A stretch of 64,000 nucleotides of DNA from Octopus vulgaris. Taxonomy: Eukaryota. The stretch lies in NCBI GenBank assembly GCA_951406725.2, contig OX597814.1:84630001-84694000 (forward strand), given 5' to 3'. Within the stretch, counting starts at the first letter, position 1, and the number at the start of each line of letters is the position of its first letter. The position numbers and the translations under genes are program-made. Of the stretch, positions 26,291 through 39,948 are shown in pieces. The notes beneath the pieces were generated by a model, which saw nothing but the letters and a program-made list of their open reading frames with translations, did no database searches and was not told the DNA's origin.

Positions 26291-27559
26291 CTTTCTACTA
26301 AAGGCACAAGGCCTGAAATTTATGGGAAGGGGACTTGTCAGTTACATTGACCCTAGTGCTTCACTGGTACTTAATTTATTAACCTTGAAAAGATGAAAGG
26401 CAAAGTTGATCTCAGTGGAATTTGAACTCAGAATGTAAAGACTAGCAGAAATACCATTAAGCATTTTGCCTGGCATGCTAACGATTCTGCCAGCTCTCCA
26501 CATCTTTCATAATAACAATAATAATAATGGTTTCAAATTTTGTATAGGGCTAGCAGTTTTTGAAGGGTTGGAGAAGTCAATTACATTGATCCCAGTATTT
26601 GACTGGTACTTATTTCATTGATCCCTAAGTGATGAAGGCTAAAGTTGACCTTAGCGGAATTTGAACTTCCAATGTAAAGAGTCAAGACGAATGTGTCTAA
26701 GCATTTTGTCTGGTGCTCTAACAATTTTGTCAGCTTGCTGCCTTAATAACAACAACAACGATGATGATGATATCAAAATATATTGGTAGCTTATTGACTA
26801 GTTTGTCATTTTAACAGTCACTTTAATTGCATATGACAGCTGTGTTAAATAATTACCTTGTTCTATGTAGTCCAGAGTCAATAATGTTCACTAGACCTTC
26901 TTAATTAAATACACATGCCAGAAAATCAATGAAAATATTGTAGCTTTGTATAAATATGCTAGTGTATGAGAGTGTTGGCTTGTAGATCCTTCTGAGATAC
27001 ATGTCTTTTCTGTTTATAATTAATTCCTCAGCAAGAAGTAGGTCTTTCCTCTACTGAAGTTACACAAAGACTAGACAACTGTAGAAATAGGTGATAAACC
27101 GATGGTGAATCAGTCTGTTAGATTCAGATTCATTAAAGGTATGCAAATCAAAAGTCTGGAGCCAATGTGAGAGCCCCTTCATATTTGCTCAGTCTGCTAG
27201 AAATAGCAGCCAAATCTCTCTCAAATAACGCCTTACTGTCTTAAAAGAGGACATGTTGATCAGTTAGTTTTTGACCTATAAGATTAGTTGTGTATTTTTG
27301 TTGTGGTTTGAACATCTGCACTATAAGCACAGGCATGGCTGTGTGGTAAGAAACTTGCTTCCCAACTACATGGTTCTGGGTTCAGTCCCACTGAATGGCA
27401 CCTTAGGTAAGTGTCTTCTGCTGTACCGTTGGGCTGACTAAAGCTTTATGAGTGGATTTGGAGGACAGAAACTGAAAGAAGCCCACCATATATATATGTA
27501 CATATGATGGATTCTCTCATTGGTTTCAGTGGATGTGGATCTGATCTGATAACCTACTC

Positions 27560-28360
27560 TTACTTTGTCAGTCACAATGCTTATGTTGAATGTAACATTT
27601 AAATTCTGCCAACGATTTGCAAAAAAGCCCCAAAAAGATGCTGCAAGTATGAGGATTACAGGTCAGTGCAGGTGGTATATTTGCAGCCATTTTTCACCTT
27701 TGCTTTGCACTGCTAAGCCTATTCATGCTGGTGGCAACAAAGTTGTATCATTTTGACACAGTGATCTCCATTTTGTTCACTCCAGGGTATTTACTCAAAG
27801 GTGTTGTGAGCTATTTTCATCGCTGAGAGGTTACTCTTCAGCTTGTCCTTATATTTGAGCCATGGTTGACCAACATTCCTGTGCCCACTATCAAGCTGGC
27901 TGTACATGAGGACTTTAGGTATTCTTTCGTCACTTGTTCTGACGATATGGCCTGCCCAGTGCAATTGCAACTGCATAAGGAAGCTCTCGATTCCACCAAT
28001 ATTACATTTGCTAAGCAGGTTGGCATTAGAAACTCTGTCTTTTAGTGAATAACCGCAGATTGTCCTGAGATAGCCTTTGTGGAAGATGTTTAGTTGGTTA
28101 CTGTGTTGTCTATAGAATATCCAAGATTCTGAGCTATGGAAGAGAGTAGTAAGAATGGCAGACATGTAGTAAGACATGTACTTTAGTGTCAAGTTTAATG
28201 CCCCTTTCATTCCATAGGCAATGATGGAGTTTTTCAAATGCATTGGTTGCCTTTGCAAGACGATTGATAATTTCATCATCAAGGGAAGCGCTTGAATTCA
28301 CTTTACTACCAAGATGTGTAAATGACTTCACATAATTTAGGTTTTACCCTTCAACCTGTA
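27560..28360 (-). mobile_element. RTE/BovB-like LINE 3' fragment
   Basis: Minus-strand FTHLGS..DDEIINRLAKA..LWNERGIKLDTK, QLHWAGHIVR..RIPKVLMYSQL and downstream C..C..H-like region. Confidence 0.85.
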
Positions 28361-29049
28361 TAGGATCTTCAGGAAAATTGTGAACTGGTGGCCTCTGCTT
28401 GACTTCTCAAATTTGCTTAGGAGTAGGGCAAGGCTGTGTTTGTGTCTGTGTTTGTCTCCCCACCATTGTTTGACAACTGATGTTTGTGTGTTTACATTCC
28501 ATGACTTAGCAGTTTGGCAAAAGAGACCAATAGAAAAAGTACTTGGCTTGCAAAGTATAAGTCCTGAGGTCAATTTCTTTGACTAAAAACCCTTTGAAAT
28601 GTTGCTCCAGCATGGCTGCAGTCAAATGACTGAAACAAGTAAAAGAATAAAAAAATAGATCTGCTCAATGCCTCTTAAAATTTACTTTATAAAAGTCAGT
28701 GACTATAGCAGGTACATTATTTACATTATTTACATTTGATGGATATTTGTCCTCATCTTGTTTGTTAACACAACGTTTCGGCTGATATAATCGAGAGAAC
28801 TTGCTGAGCAGCCAGTGTTGAAGTTTTGATTTAGCCAAGCATCACATGCTCAACTACCAGACTCACTTATGGACTACTAAAATCCATTGGATCCAATCAA
28901 ACTGTTCAATCCAAGCTAGCATTGAATACGGATGTTGTTGATGATGTATGTATATTGCACATTCATTATAAATAAGGTTGGTAGATAAAGCTATATTTGT
29001 GCATTATCCTCCATACATTATAAATAACCAGGGGTGGTAAATATTACTT

Positions 29050-29780
29050 GTATTGTATGTACATTGGGCAATGATTGAAGATCAACTAACCTGTCTGTTT
29101 TGAAGAACTTTTGGGCCTGGGTCTATGGATAACTTCCAGAAATCCCTTGCCTGGCAGTGCTGCCGAGGGGCACTGCCTGTTTGGGATAAACTTTACAGGC
29201 ACAGAAGTGTCATCATCTAGGCCTGCCCAAGGTGCGCCCAGAACAATGAAACCATTCTGCATGCCCTAGTCCAGTGCCTGAGTATTGCTGACTTGTGGGT
29301 TTATGTCGAACACTTGGTGTCATGTGTACGATGGATCTGGCTATCAGCTGAATCCATAGTGAAGATTGCACTGCTGCCCTCTTTTGGCCAGGAGGGGCAG
29401 GCAATTTTTATTTGTCTAGTGGCTGTAGCTAAAGAGGTAATATGGTGGACCTGTTTGAAAGGGCTAAAGACAAACACATTCCTCTTTAGCCAAGCCCTCA
29501 TCAACTTTTTCAAGCTTCACTTGAAAATGAAGTTGAGGGTGGAGAGGGAAGTGTTGCCTTGTAGCAGGTTTGTTGAAAGGTGGGTGAATATTGGAAGAAT
29601 GGCCAGAAAGAGAGGAACAATTCTGAGCATGCACCTGTTAAAAGGTAATCAAAGGAGAAGGGCTCTTCCCTTGTTGCTTTTGTGGGTGCAAAGCCCCATT
29701 GTATCATCCTGTTTTTGTCTTTTATGTTGTTGCATGTCTCTTAATGTTTTGTATGTGAGTTCTTGTGGCCATTAAAAGAA
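29050..29780 (+). mobile_element. L1/Tx1-like LINE C-terminal (zf-RVT) fragment and 3' UTR
   Basis: CPRCAQNNETILHALVQC CCHC motif (~29225-29280), VAVAKEVIWWT, A-rich end. Confidence 0.7.
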
Positions 29781-30966
29781 TTAATTGTATGTGCATTGAC
29801 CTTTCATTACAAATAGAGTCAGGGCAGGTCAAGTCTCATTTGATCAGTGAACAAGTTTAAACAGGTCAGAAATTACTTAAAAGTATATTGGTTTGTCTTG
29901 TTACTCATAGCAATAAGTAAATACCACTGTATTTATTGTGAGAGTGATTAGATGGATATACAGCAGTATTTCTTCTGACAAGTGTATGACCAAGGTTACT
30001 ACTTTTGACATCCACTGTGCATTAATATAAATTAATTAATAGAAACACAATATATTTGGTTCTCAATTATCATAAATATTCTGGTAAGATTTACTTTCAC
30101 ATCTACTTTGTATTATTTAACTTATATTTGTCAATCTATACACACAACATTTTTAAGCTAAAAGGGAGAATATATATATATAAGTATATATTGTATATTC
30201 TCATCATTATCATTTTAACCATCACTTTTCTATGCTTGTATGGGTTCGACAAAATTTGTTAAAGCAGATTTTCTGCAACCAGATGTTCTTTTTATCATCA
30301 ACCCTCAATCATTTCATTATTTCCAAGTAAGATATTGTCCCTTGACTGAAGAGAGAGACAGACAGACAGACACACACACACACACACACACACACATTAT
30401 ATATTAAGATACAGATATTTTTTTTACTGATTTTTAATTACCATCCCTATTTCTTTTGCTTCTAATAAAAAAATATTTCCATCGTCTTCACCATTAAAGA
30501 ATTAGTAGCCTTCAACTCCAAAAAGTTAAGGAAATACAGTTGGTATGAATTTTGATTATTGTCTTCATCATTTGTTGAAGTTTTAACCTTTTGTTGAATT
30601 GATAGAAAAGTCTTGTAACATTTAATAGTTTCTCTCTGTATATATTAAATTTTTTTCTTGTTCATGGTGAGCTTCATTAAAAGAGCTAAGTCCATGAGCT
30701 GCTATTGCGTCTAGATTAAAGTAAATTCATTCAATTATTTTACTGGTACATCCCCATGTTAACATCCCATGCTTACATGGGTCAGATGGAATTTGTTGGG
30801 GAACATTTTCTATGACCAAATGACCTTGTTACCAATCCTCACCTGTTTCCATGTAGGCTAACAGTTCCCCATGACTAGACATGTCTTGGAAGATTGGAAA
30901 TGGAGGACACTGCTTGAATGATGGTTACATACATTTCCAGCTGTCACATGATTTCAAGGCAAGGAT

Positions 30967-31004
<38 letters not shown>

Positions 31005-31361
31005 CTTTTATTCTTTTATTTGTTTCAGTCATTTTACTGTAGCCATGCTGAAGCACCACCTTGAAGTATTTTTGCCAAACAATTCAACCCCAGGACTTAT
31101 TTTCTAAGTCCTTGTACTTATTCTATTGGTCTCTTTGCTGAACTGCTAAGTTACAGGGACATATGCACACCGACACCGGTTGTCAAGCAATGGTCGGGGA
31201 ACAAACACAGATACAAAGACACACACACATATATTCAACAGGTTTCTTTCAGTTTCCACTTGCCAAATCCACTCACAAGGCTTTGATCAGCCTGAGGCTT
31301 TAGTAGAAGACACTTGCCCAAGGTGTCATGCAGTGGGATTGAACCCGGAACTATATGGTTG

Positions 31362-32540
31362 AGTCCCCCCTCGACCCAAGGTAATGTGGTGGTGGAACAA
31401 TGTTGTTAACAGGGCTATCAGAGAAAAGAAACAGGCTTGGAAGGACTGGAAGAACAGTGGTAACAGGGAATTGTATCAGACTACCAAAAGGGGAGCTAGG
31501 AGACAGGTTTATTTAGGCAGAGGAGAAACAGATAAGAAAAAATTTGCCAATGTTCTGCACTGTGAGGACCAAAAACTTGAAGTATTTTGTGTTGCAAGAC
31601 AGTGTGTGAGAGAGAATCGTGATGTCGTAGAAGAGAAATGTGTTTGCATGGATGATGGTTCACTTGCGTTAAACGAGACTGCAAAGAGAGAGGTTTGGAG
31701 ATGCTACTATGAAAGGTTGCTCAATAAAGAGAATGAATCAGAGAAAGAGAGTCTGCCGAATGTTGACCCAATAGAGGGACTAGCTACCAGAATTGACAGT
31801 ACCTTGGTAGATAAAGCAATTAAGAATATGAAGACAGGGAAAGCCCCAGGTCCATCAGGAATCATCGTAGAGATGCTCTGGTGGTGTTCGCTATAGCCTA
31901 GTTACCCAGGTGATACACGAAGGAGTCATACCCAATGACTGGTGTAGCAGCACCATAGTCAACTGCTACAAAGGTAAAGGTGATGCTTTAGATGCAAATA
32001 ATTAAAGGTAACAAGTTGTTGGATCAAGTAATGAAGGTCACGGAGAGGCTCATAGTCAAACTAATTAGAGAGAGAGTCAGTTTAGATGAGATGCAGTTTG
32101 GGTTCGTGGCAGGGAAAAGCACCACTGATGCTATATTTCTGGTAAGACAGCTGCAGGAGAAATACCTAGCCAAAGCTAAACCTCTGTACATGGCTTTCAT
32201 TGACATGGAGAAAGCCTTTGACAGGGTCACCCGATGAAATTCGATGACAGCACCGTATGACTGGCACCCGTGCCAGTGGAGCGCTAAGATCTCCATCCGA
32301 GCGTAATCGTTGCCAGGGCTGCTGACTGGCTTTCGTGCTGGTGGCACATAAAATGCACCATTCAAGCATGATCGTTACCAGCATTGCCTTACTGGCACTT
32401 GTGCTGGTGGCATATGAAAAACAACATTCAAGCAAGGTTGTTACCAGTGCTGCTGGACTGGCTCCTGTGCAGGTGGTATGTAAAAACACCATTTGAGTGT
32501 GGCTGTTGCCAGTACCACCTGACTGGCCCTCGATGATGAT
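31362..32540 (+). mobile_element. Truncated RTE-clade LINE fragment with tandem-repeat 3' tail, nested in a SINE
   Basis: WWWNNVV..., MKTGKAPGPSG, MQFGFVAGKSTTDAIF and YMAFIDMEKAFDRV motifs, then ~65-bp subrepeats and (GAT)n. Confidence 0.88.
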
Positions 32541-33894
32541 GAAGCAAGCTTCTTACCACACAGATTTTGGTTGGCCTGAGGCTGTAGTAGAAGACAGTTG
32601 CCAAAAGTGGCATACAGTTGAACTGAATCTAGAACCATGTGGCTGGGAAGCAAACTTTTTGCCACATAGCCATACCTTTGAAAAAAACAAATGGGGGGGG
32701 GGGGCGTATGATTGTTACAGTACCTTTCTATTTGTAGAAACACATTCACACATAAACAAAGCATATTGCAAATATTAAAATAACTAGAAGAAAAAATACT
32801 GTGTTTTATACATGATTTATGATGGTAGCATGTGGCAATTAGTTTAGCAGTTCATGCTTCAGATACCCTCCATTGTTCTAGATTTAGAGACCCCATGCTA
32901 ATTCATTGCACTGGCAATGTGTTTACCTTAACAACCTCTCTTTCTTTGTCCATTCATTCTTTCCCACATCTTCAGGTTTTCTCTACATGGAGGTGTTTCA
33001 CTATGGCTACAGCCTTTGAGCTGAAACATATAAAAGAAATAACTGATTTTTTATGTGCAAGTCAAGGCAAGTTTTGTTGTATTGCTTAATTACTTGGTTG
33101 TAAAATCTCCCTTTTAACCACTCAGCTTGGTAGTTACCACTCTTCTTTTTTCTACTCTTAACTCCCCTTTCCCTGCCAACTTTAGTCTAATCTATTTACA
33201 TTTGCTCTGAGCTAATTTTAGCCATTATCATCACCATCATCAGTTAACCCTTTTGATACCAAACTCCCTGTGGTACAAACTTGCTGTTTTAAAATGATCT
33301 AATTTAAAACCCATTAAGATTCTCTGTTAATTTATGTTCCAAACACCAGCTTAATAATGACAAAGTTACTTTTCTAAATTCTTCATTATTTTCAAAATTA
33401 AATGAAACAAAGGCAATGTTTTTCAACTGAAATATAGTACTGAAAGGGTTAATGTCCACTTTTCCATGCTTGCATGGGTCAAATTTTCTACAGCTGGATG
33501 CCCTTCTTGTTGCTAACCCTCACTTGTTCTCTCAGCAAGGCAAATATTTCCCTATGGCCAAACATGTTTTAGAAGAATATTGGAAATGAATGACAGTGAT
33601 ACTCATTTACAATTATTATATAGTGTCACGATAAGGAGACACAAATTTACACATACTTACCCAAACACACACACACACACATGCACGTGCACACATGCAA
33701 AAACATATAACAAATCAGAAAATTGGAAATTTGTCGATATTATTTATTCACCATTACATGTGTTTTATCTACTAATAGGAATTACAAAGTTTTAAATGTT
33801 CGATAGATATGTAAGGAATTTCCTATTAGAAATTCTTCAGACAGAAATTTAATAATAAAAATCTTACATTTGGATGAAGTGTTTATATTAGTTA

Positions 33895-33935
<41 letters not shown>

Positions 33936-33939
33936 TTTA

Positions 33940-34310
33940 GGCACAGGAGTGGCTGTGTGGTAAGTAGCTTGCTTACCAACCACATGGTTCCGGATTCAGT
34001 CCCACTGCATGGTACTTTGGGCATGTGTTTCCTACTATAGCCTCTAGCTGACCAAAGCCTTGTGAGTGGATTTGGTAGACAGAAACTGAAAGAAGCCCAT
34101 CGTATATATGTATATATATGTGTGTGTGGCTGTGTTTGTACCCCCAGCATCGCTTGACAACCCATGCTGGTGTGTTTATGTCCCCGTAACTTAGTGGTTC
34201 TGCAAAAGAGACTGATAGAATAAGTACTAGGCTTACAAAGAATAAGTCCTGGAGTCGATTTACTTGACTAAAGGCGGTGCTCCAACATGGTTGCAGTCAA
34301 GTAAAAGAGT
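33940..34310 (+). mobile_element. tRNA-derived SINE with CORE-like box (representative; further copies e.g. 24443-24858+, 40079-40462+, 61513-61910+, 2297-2690-, 31007-31361-, 46515-46845-)
   Basis: Pol III A-box TGGCTGTGTGG, B-box GGATTCAGTCCC, GGYACYTTGGGCAAGTGT core-like motif, internal (TA/TG)n, and a conserved tail ..GAAACAAGTAAAAGA in the fuller copies. Confidence 0.88.
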
Positions 34311-37300
34311 ATATATATATATATGCTGAGTAAAACTGCCATCTTCCACTTGTTGTTTCAGGTGCCAGTGTCACATAAAAAGCCCCTGTGCCAGTGACAT
34401 GTAAAAAGCACCTATCATACTTTGTTAAGTCGTTGGTGTTTGGAAGGGCATTCAGCTGTAGAAACCATGCCGCAACAGATAATTGGAGTCTGAACAGTTC
34501 CTTGCTAGCCAGCTCCATGTCAAACTGTTCGACCCATGCCAGCATGGAAAGCAGATGGTTAATGATGATGATGATGATGATATGATAAATTTCTTTCAAT
34601 TTCTCTCTGCCAAATTCACTCACAAAGCTTTGGTTGTCCTGGAGTTTTAGGAGAAAATGCTTGCCCAAGATATGCAGTAGGACTGAACTCAAACCCATGT
34701 GGTTGAGAAGCAAACTTCTTAATCACAGCCATGCCTGCAGCTTAGTTAAACCTGTTATAAATAAAACTGTAGGTGAGACATAAACTTTACAACTATCACA
34801 ATGTCTTGTCTTTTATCTGTTGTTATTTGGTTTCAGGATATAAGAAAACCTAATGTCTTATATTAGTAAACTAAGTCCTAAATTATTGATTTATGATCTT
34901 CAGTTTCTCCTGGTTACTAGAGAGTGAATATTTTAAGGATTATGTCTATTTAACCCTATCAAATTTGTTTAAACATTCAGAGAGGAATATGTACCTTTCC
35001 TAAACTAGGCAATCTGATGTCTAATTTTCTAAACTTTGGCCTAACTACTTAATTTCAAGTTACTCTGAGGTTACTTCAATCTCATATAACCTCTATTAGC
35101 AATTTAACTAGTGTACATGTGTTCTATTCTGTTCTCTTTCTTATCCTATCTTGTCCTATTCTTTCTTATCCTATCCTGTGTTCTTACTACTAACATTCAT
35201 AATATTGGGTGGATCTGCAACTTCAGACCTGTTCAAAACTACAGCTATTATTTTGTAGCCAGAATAGTTGTAATATGTATATATTTTAATAATTTATTAT
35301 AATTTGTCTTGTCTACGAGGCAATACATGTGTTTATATACACCACACCCACAGGAAAAAGATATTACACCTGAAAAACCACTTAGACAATCAAAGATTAC
35401 AATTCATTTTACTATTATGTTCTAACTTTTGTATCCTGAACAACTAACTCACCTACTTAATATTCATAATACTTCTAAAATCATTCTCAACTCACAATAT
35501 ATATATATGTCTCATCTGACCCAAAGTTAACAAAAGTATATGTAATCAAAACAACTTCGGTGTCAAACATTTCACTGTCTCATATTCTGTGCTAGATTAT
35601 CAACAACTTTCTTCAGTTGTTATTGTTTAGCCCCTAGTTATCCTTGATTGAAAAGGCCTATGATCAACAAGACATTCCAGTCATGACTGTCTTGCCTTTA
35701 TCCTTTGTGCAGGTAACTCCAGTGCTGCATAATACAATATATCCATTTTTATGATGGCAGGGTATGTTTTGAAAAGAATTTGGCTGCTGTTTCTGGCAGG
35801 CTGAGTGACAGTTTAGAGTGACTCACATAAATCTAAATTGTTATGTACTCTGTCATGTACCCTGCAAAGTTTGCTTATTTTCTTTAGGACTATACCTTGG
35901 TAGCCACATAATATGTCAACACTATTATACTGCATTTGTGTAGTATAATAATAGGCATGGCCAAGAGGTGAAGAAGTTTCCATTGCAACCATGGGGACTT
36001 GAATTTGGTCTGTTTGTGACATTTTAGATTAGTGTCTTCTACCATAGCTTCAGGCCAACCCAAACTTTGTGAATGAAATTGGGTACATGAAAACTGTGGC
36101 AGCCTGTTAGATGAGTTATATCTGTAATTTAAAGGGGGTCAACTTTGAAGCATAAAATAACATGTTGAGCTTTACAGAGGTGATGACAAAGGACCATGAT
36201 GATTGGTATTATTCTGTGCTTGAGGAGACCCATTCATCTCAGTAAAATTGAGGCCCTAAAGGCATGTTGTGTATGTCTATGTCCTTGCACGTAATCTGTC
36301 CCTGACAAATCAATTCCCTACAACATATCTCTAACACCCACCCCCTTCACTTATGTTTACTCACTGCATTCACCTCCTCTCCATCCCTTCTTTCCTTTCA
36401 CCCTCTTATGAACTTACCTGCCCATTCACCCCTTCCTATCATCTGTACCACTTCACTTATATGCCCAACACATTGTCACCACTGTCTTCTCTCCCCCCCT
36501 CTCTCCCTAATCTCTTTTTAACAGGTGTAGCCATGTATCTCCTCTGGAGAAAGACACTCATTTCTGTCCCTCTACCATACTTCTTGTTACCTGGTTCAAA
36601 GCCATCTCCCTCAATACTACTCCTCTTCTTAGTTAAGGGGTTTTGCCTTGCAAGGCACTTGGTGACCTCACTGGTGCTTGTGTTAAAAGCACTCAATACA
36701 CTTTGTAGAGTGGTTGGCATTAGGAAGACATCCATCTGTAGAAACCATGCCAGAACAGACATTTGAGGTTTTTGCAGTCTTCTGGTTCAGTAGCTCTTGT
36801 CAAACTATCCAAACCATGTCAGCATGGAAGGTGGATGTTAAATAATGATGGTGGTGAGGATTATGTTGAAAGTACACATGTCCATAGATTTTTAATTATC
36901 TATACTGTAATTCAATGAACAGGTCACTCTGTTGATCAAACAACTGGGATATTTATTGTTGAAACTGGCAGAAAGTCCATTTAAATTCCACAGAATCTAT
37001 GCTTGTCTTAGCCTATATAGTAACAAGTATGGTGTACTACAAGCAACAACAACAACAACAACAACAGCAGCGGCAGCAGCAGTAGAACAATGAAATAGTT
37101 TCTAAGTGAAAGATGAAACTGGGTTTTCAGACATGAGTTGCTGCAACAGGAAACAACTACAATGACACAGCAATGAACAGGACTATTAAACAACAACAAC
37201 TATATTAATGAAGGATTTTAAATAATGGTAGTTATGGTAATAGTTTAGTTTGTTATGCACTCCATAACTAGGACTTTTGAGGGATTGCGGGGTAGGCACT

Positions 37301-38077
37301 TGACTGATTAGCATTCAATCACTAACAGATACTCCAGTCTCTGCTCCATAGGCAGTTTTCTCTACTATCCTGTTTTGAATTTATCCTGGATTTTCTTGTA
37401 GCCTCAAGATTTTGATTATGTACCTATATTTTTTAGACTGACATTGGAGGGTAGGTGTGAGAGGCTATATCTGGCCTGTTTGAACATAAAACAGGAAGAA
37501 TATTTTGGCTGGATATGGTCAATTTAAATGCTATAGGGTTAAAACAGGGAAATTTGTTTCATAGAACAAAGGGCAGTTGGTATCAAAAGGATTAAAGTTG
37601 TTGTAGGACACCTAAGTGTAGTCCAAGAATGAAATGGTTGGATACCCATAGTCTCAGTTGGTCATGTTTGGGAAAGCCTAATAATAGGACCCTATGGAAG
37701 AAGTGCCCGGGGTCTCTACCCCATCAACCCTCCCAAGAATAGTGAGTGAAGAATAGTGGGTGGAGAAGATAGTTAGATAGAGAGAAAAGTTGTGAAGTAA
37801 GTTCAAATTTTTTTATGGTTTACATAAAATAATTATGAATTCAGTATCTGTGTAATGATAGTGTAGCTATATAATTAGGTAAAAAATTTATTTTAGATTT
37901 ATTTATAATTTAATAGGCGTAGGTGTGGTTGTGTGGTAAGCAGTTTGCTTTTCAACCACATGGTTCTGGGCTTAGTGTGGTAGGTGTCTTCCACTATAGC
38001 CTTGGGTTGACCAAAGCCCTGTGAGTGAATTTGGCAGATGGAAACTGAAAGAAGCCTGTCGTGTGTGTATGTATGTA

Positions 38078-38282
38078 TGTCCGAAGTCAGACACCATGAT
38101 AGATCGTTAGCTACTACACACATTTTTTTTCTCTCCTTGTTTTCTTCTATGTATTTTTCTGTAGAAGAGCGTAGGCTCAAAACGGAAAAGACTTTTTCTA
38201 TTCCTGAGTACTATACTAATACATCTGTTTGTTTGTACACCACCTGCGTTCTTTTTTTGTTTATTTTCATAAACTTTCCTAT
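38078..38282 (+). mobile_element. PLE pLTR-like remnant with a degenerate hammerhead motif
   Basis: UUUU-CUGUAGA-A-GAGC(GUAG)GCUC-aAAAC-GgA-AAAG at 38155-38190. Inserted in a SINE (TA)n tract. Confidence 0.45.
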
Positions 38283-38283
38283 A

Positions 38284-38360
<77 letters not shown>

Positions 38361-38431
38361 GTTTCCTAGGGCTAAATAGCAGTAACATTCTTCCCTTTTA
38401 TGGGACTGTCACATTAAGTTGACAAGATACC

Positions 38432-38475
<44 letters not shown>

Positions 38476-38483
<8 letters not shown>

Positions 38484-38745
38484 ATCACGTGACCGACCAG
38501 ACCATCAGATGTTGTTACACATCGCTGGTCACAATGTGTTCACATTATTTTAGCCTTCGAATGACGCCACCCCGCTGGCTAAGCGAGCTGGCCAACAGAA
38601 GAAAGAGTGGTGAAAGAGTACAGCAGGGATCACCACTCCCTGCCGGAGCCTCGTGGAGCTTTTAGGTGTTTTCGCTCAATAAACACTCACAACACCTGGT
38701 CTGGGAATCGAAACCGCGATCCTGCGACCGCGGGTTCACTGCCCT
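38476..38745 (-). mobile_element. Young (CpG-rich) tRNA-derived SINE of a third family (relatives at ~330-655-, 6912-7150+, 42010-42338-)
   Basis: Minus-strand B-box GGTTTCGATTCCC and TTGAGCRARACAC-type core. CpGs retained. Confidence 0.7.
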
Positions 38746-38749
38746 GGCT

Positions 38750-39200
38750 AATATTGGTAAAATGAGACATACTTATCTACATGGCCGAAACAGCTGTAAG
38801 ATGTAATCTATACTTATATTTATATTTACTTATATTTATATTCTCTTTTATATATATATTCTACTTATTATACAACATTACTTTTTTATGTACACTTTTT
38901 TATGTACATTCATTTATGTACACTGATTTGTTCTGCTTTTATATCTAACCCTACAGTCTCTTATGTGGTGGTTTAATAAAGTATGTGATTGAGTATTATC
39001 TGATAATTGATATTTGATTTAGATGTATTTCTCCATTTTCTTATCTTGTATTAGTAATTTGTGGTAAATCATTTTACCTTTGCCCATATAATACAGTAAA
39101 TGAATTGATTACATCGCAATCATTAACATTTATGTATTAACTTTGTTGGGTACTTCACTAGCAGTATATTGGATATATGTTATCCCATGGAGGGTTGCAT
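38750..39200 (+). mobile_element. PLE pLTR-like remnant with a 5'-damaged hammerhead motif
   Basis: AUGA-GACAU...AUGGCC-GAAACAGCUGUA (38762-38798) with palindromic stem III, followed by an AT-rich tail containing AATAAA. Confidence 0.5.
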
Positions 39201-39743
39201 TTACAACCCCTATCTCAATTTGTATATATATATATATACATATATCTGTCGTGTATATATATATATATCTGTGTGTGTCTTTGTGTCTCTGTTTGTCTCC
39301 TATCACTGTTTGACAACTGGTGTTGTTGTATTTACACCTTTGTAACTTACCACTTTGTTAAAAAAAGACTGATAGAATAAGTACCACGCTTAAAAAAAAC
39401 ACAAGTACTAGGGTTGATTCGTTTGACTAAAATTCTTCAAGGCAGTGCCCCAGCATGGTCGCAGTTTAATGACTGAAACAAGTAAATGAATATGTTTATA
39501 TTATATTTATTCATCATCATCGTTTAACATCCGTTTACCATGCATTGGCCAATTTAATATTTCAAATCATATCATTTATATATATATATATATATATATT
39601 GGCGTTAGGAAGGGCATCCAGCTGTAGAAACATTGCCAGATAAGACTGGAGTCTGGTGCAGCCTTCTGGCTTCCCAGATCCCCAGTCGAACCGTCCAACC
39701 CATGCTAGCATGGAGAACGGACGTTAAACGATGATGATGATGA

Positions 39744-39779
<36 letters not shown>

Positions 39780-39804
39780 TTTATTTTAAGCAGCAGAAAA
39801 TTCA

Positions 39805-39856
39805 ACAAAATCTGTTACTCTGAGTTTCTCGTTGCCGTTCATCAGACAGTTTTTGC
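39805..39856 (-). ncRNA. Identical hammerhead ribozyme motif on the minus strand (other palindrome arm)
   Basis: Exact reverse complement of 39897-39948. Confidence 0.75.
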
Positions 39857-39896
39857 TAGAATGGAACTTATATATTAATATATAAGTTCCATTCTA

Positions 39897-39948
39897 GCAA
39901 AAACTGTCTGATGAACGGCAACGAGAAACTCAGAGTAACAGATTTTGT
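39897..39948 (+). ncRNA. Minimal type I hammerhead ribozyme motif (PLE-type)
   Basis: Stem I GCAAAAACUGU/ACAGAUUUUGU, core CUGAUGA (39908-39914), stem II CG-GCAA-CG, GAAA (39925-39928), palindromic stem III ACUC-A-GAGU, cleavage triplet GUA (cut after 39937). Confidence 0.8.

Noticed and set aside
33805-33850. Minus-strand CUGAAGA..GAAA motif
   Set aside because: Stem II cannot form in the hammerhead register, and a competing GAATTTC/GAAATTC hairpin dominates.
33940-34015. tRNA-like A/B boxes (many copies)
   Set aside because: These are SINE heads and do not fold into complete cloverleaves, so no tRNA genes are called.
35390-35600. Possible PLE coding remnant (..HFTVSYS..)
   Set aside because: Too short and degenerate to support without a search.
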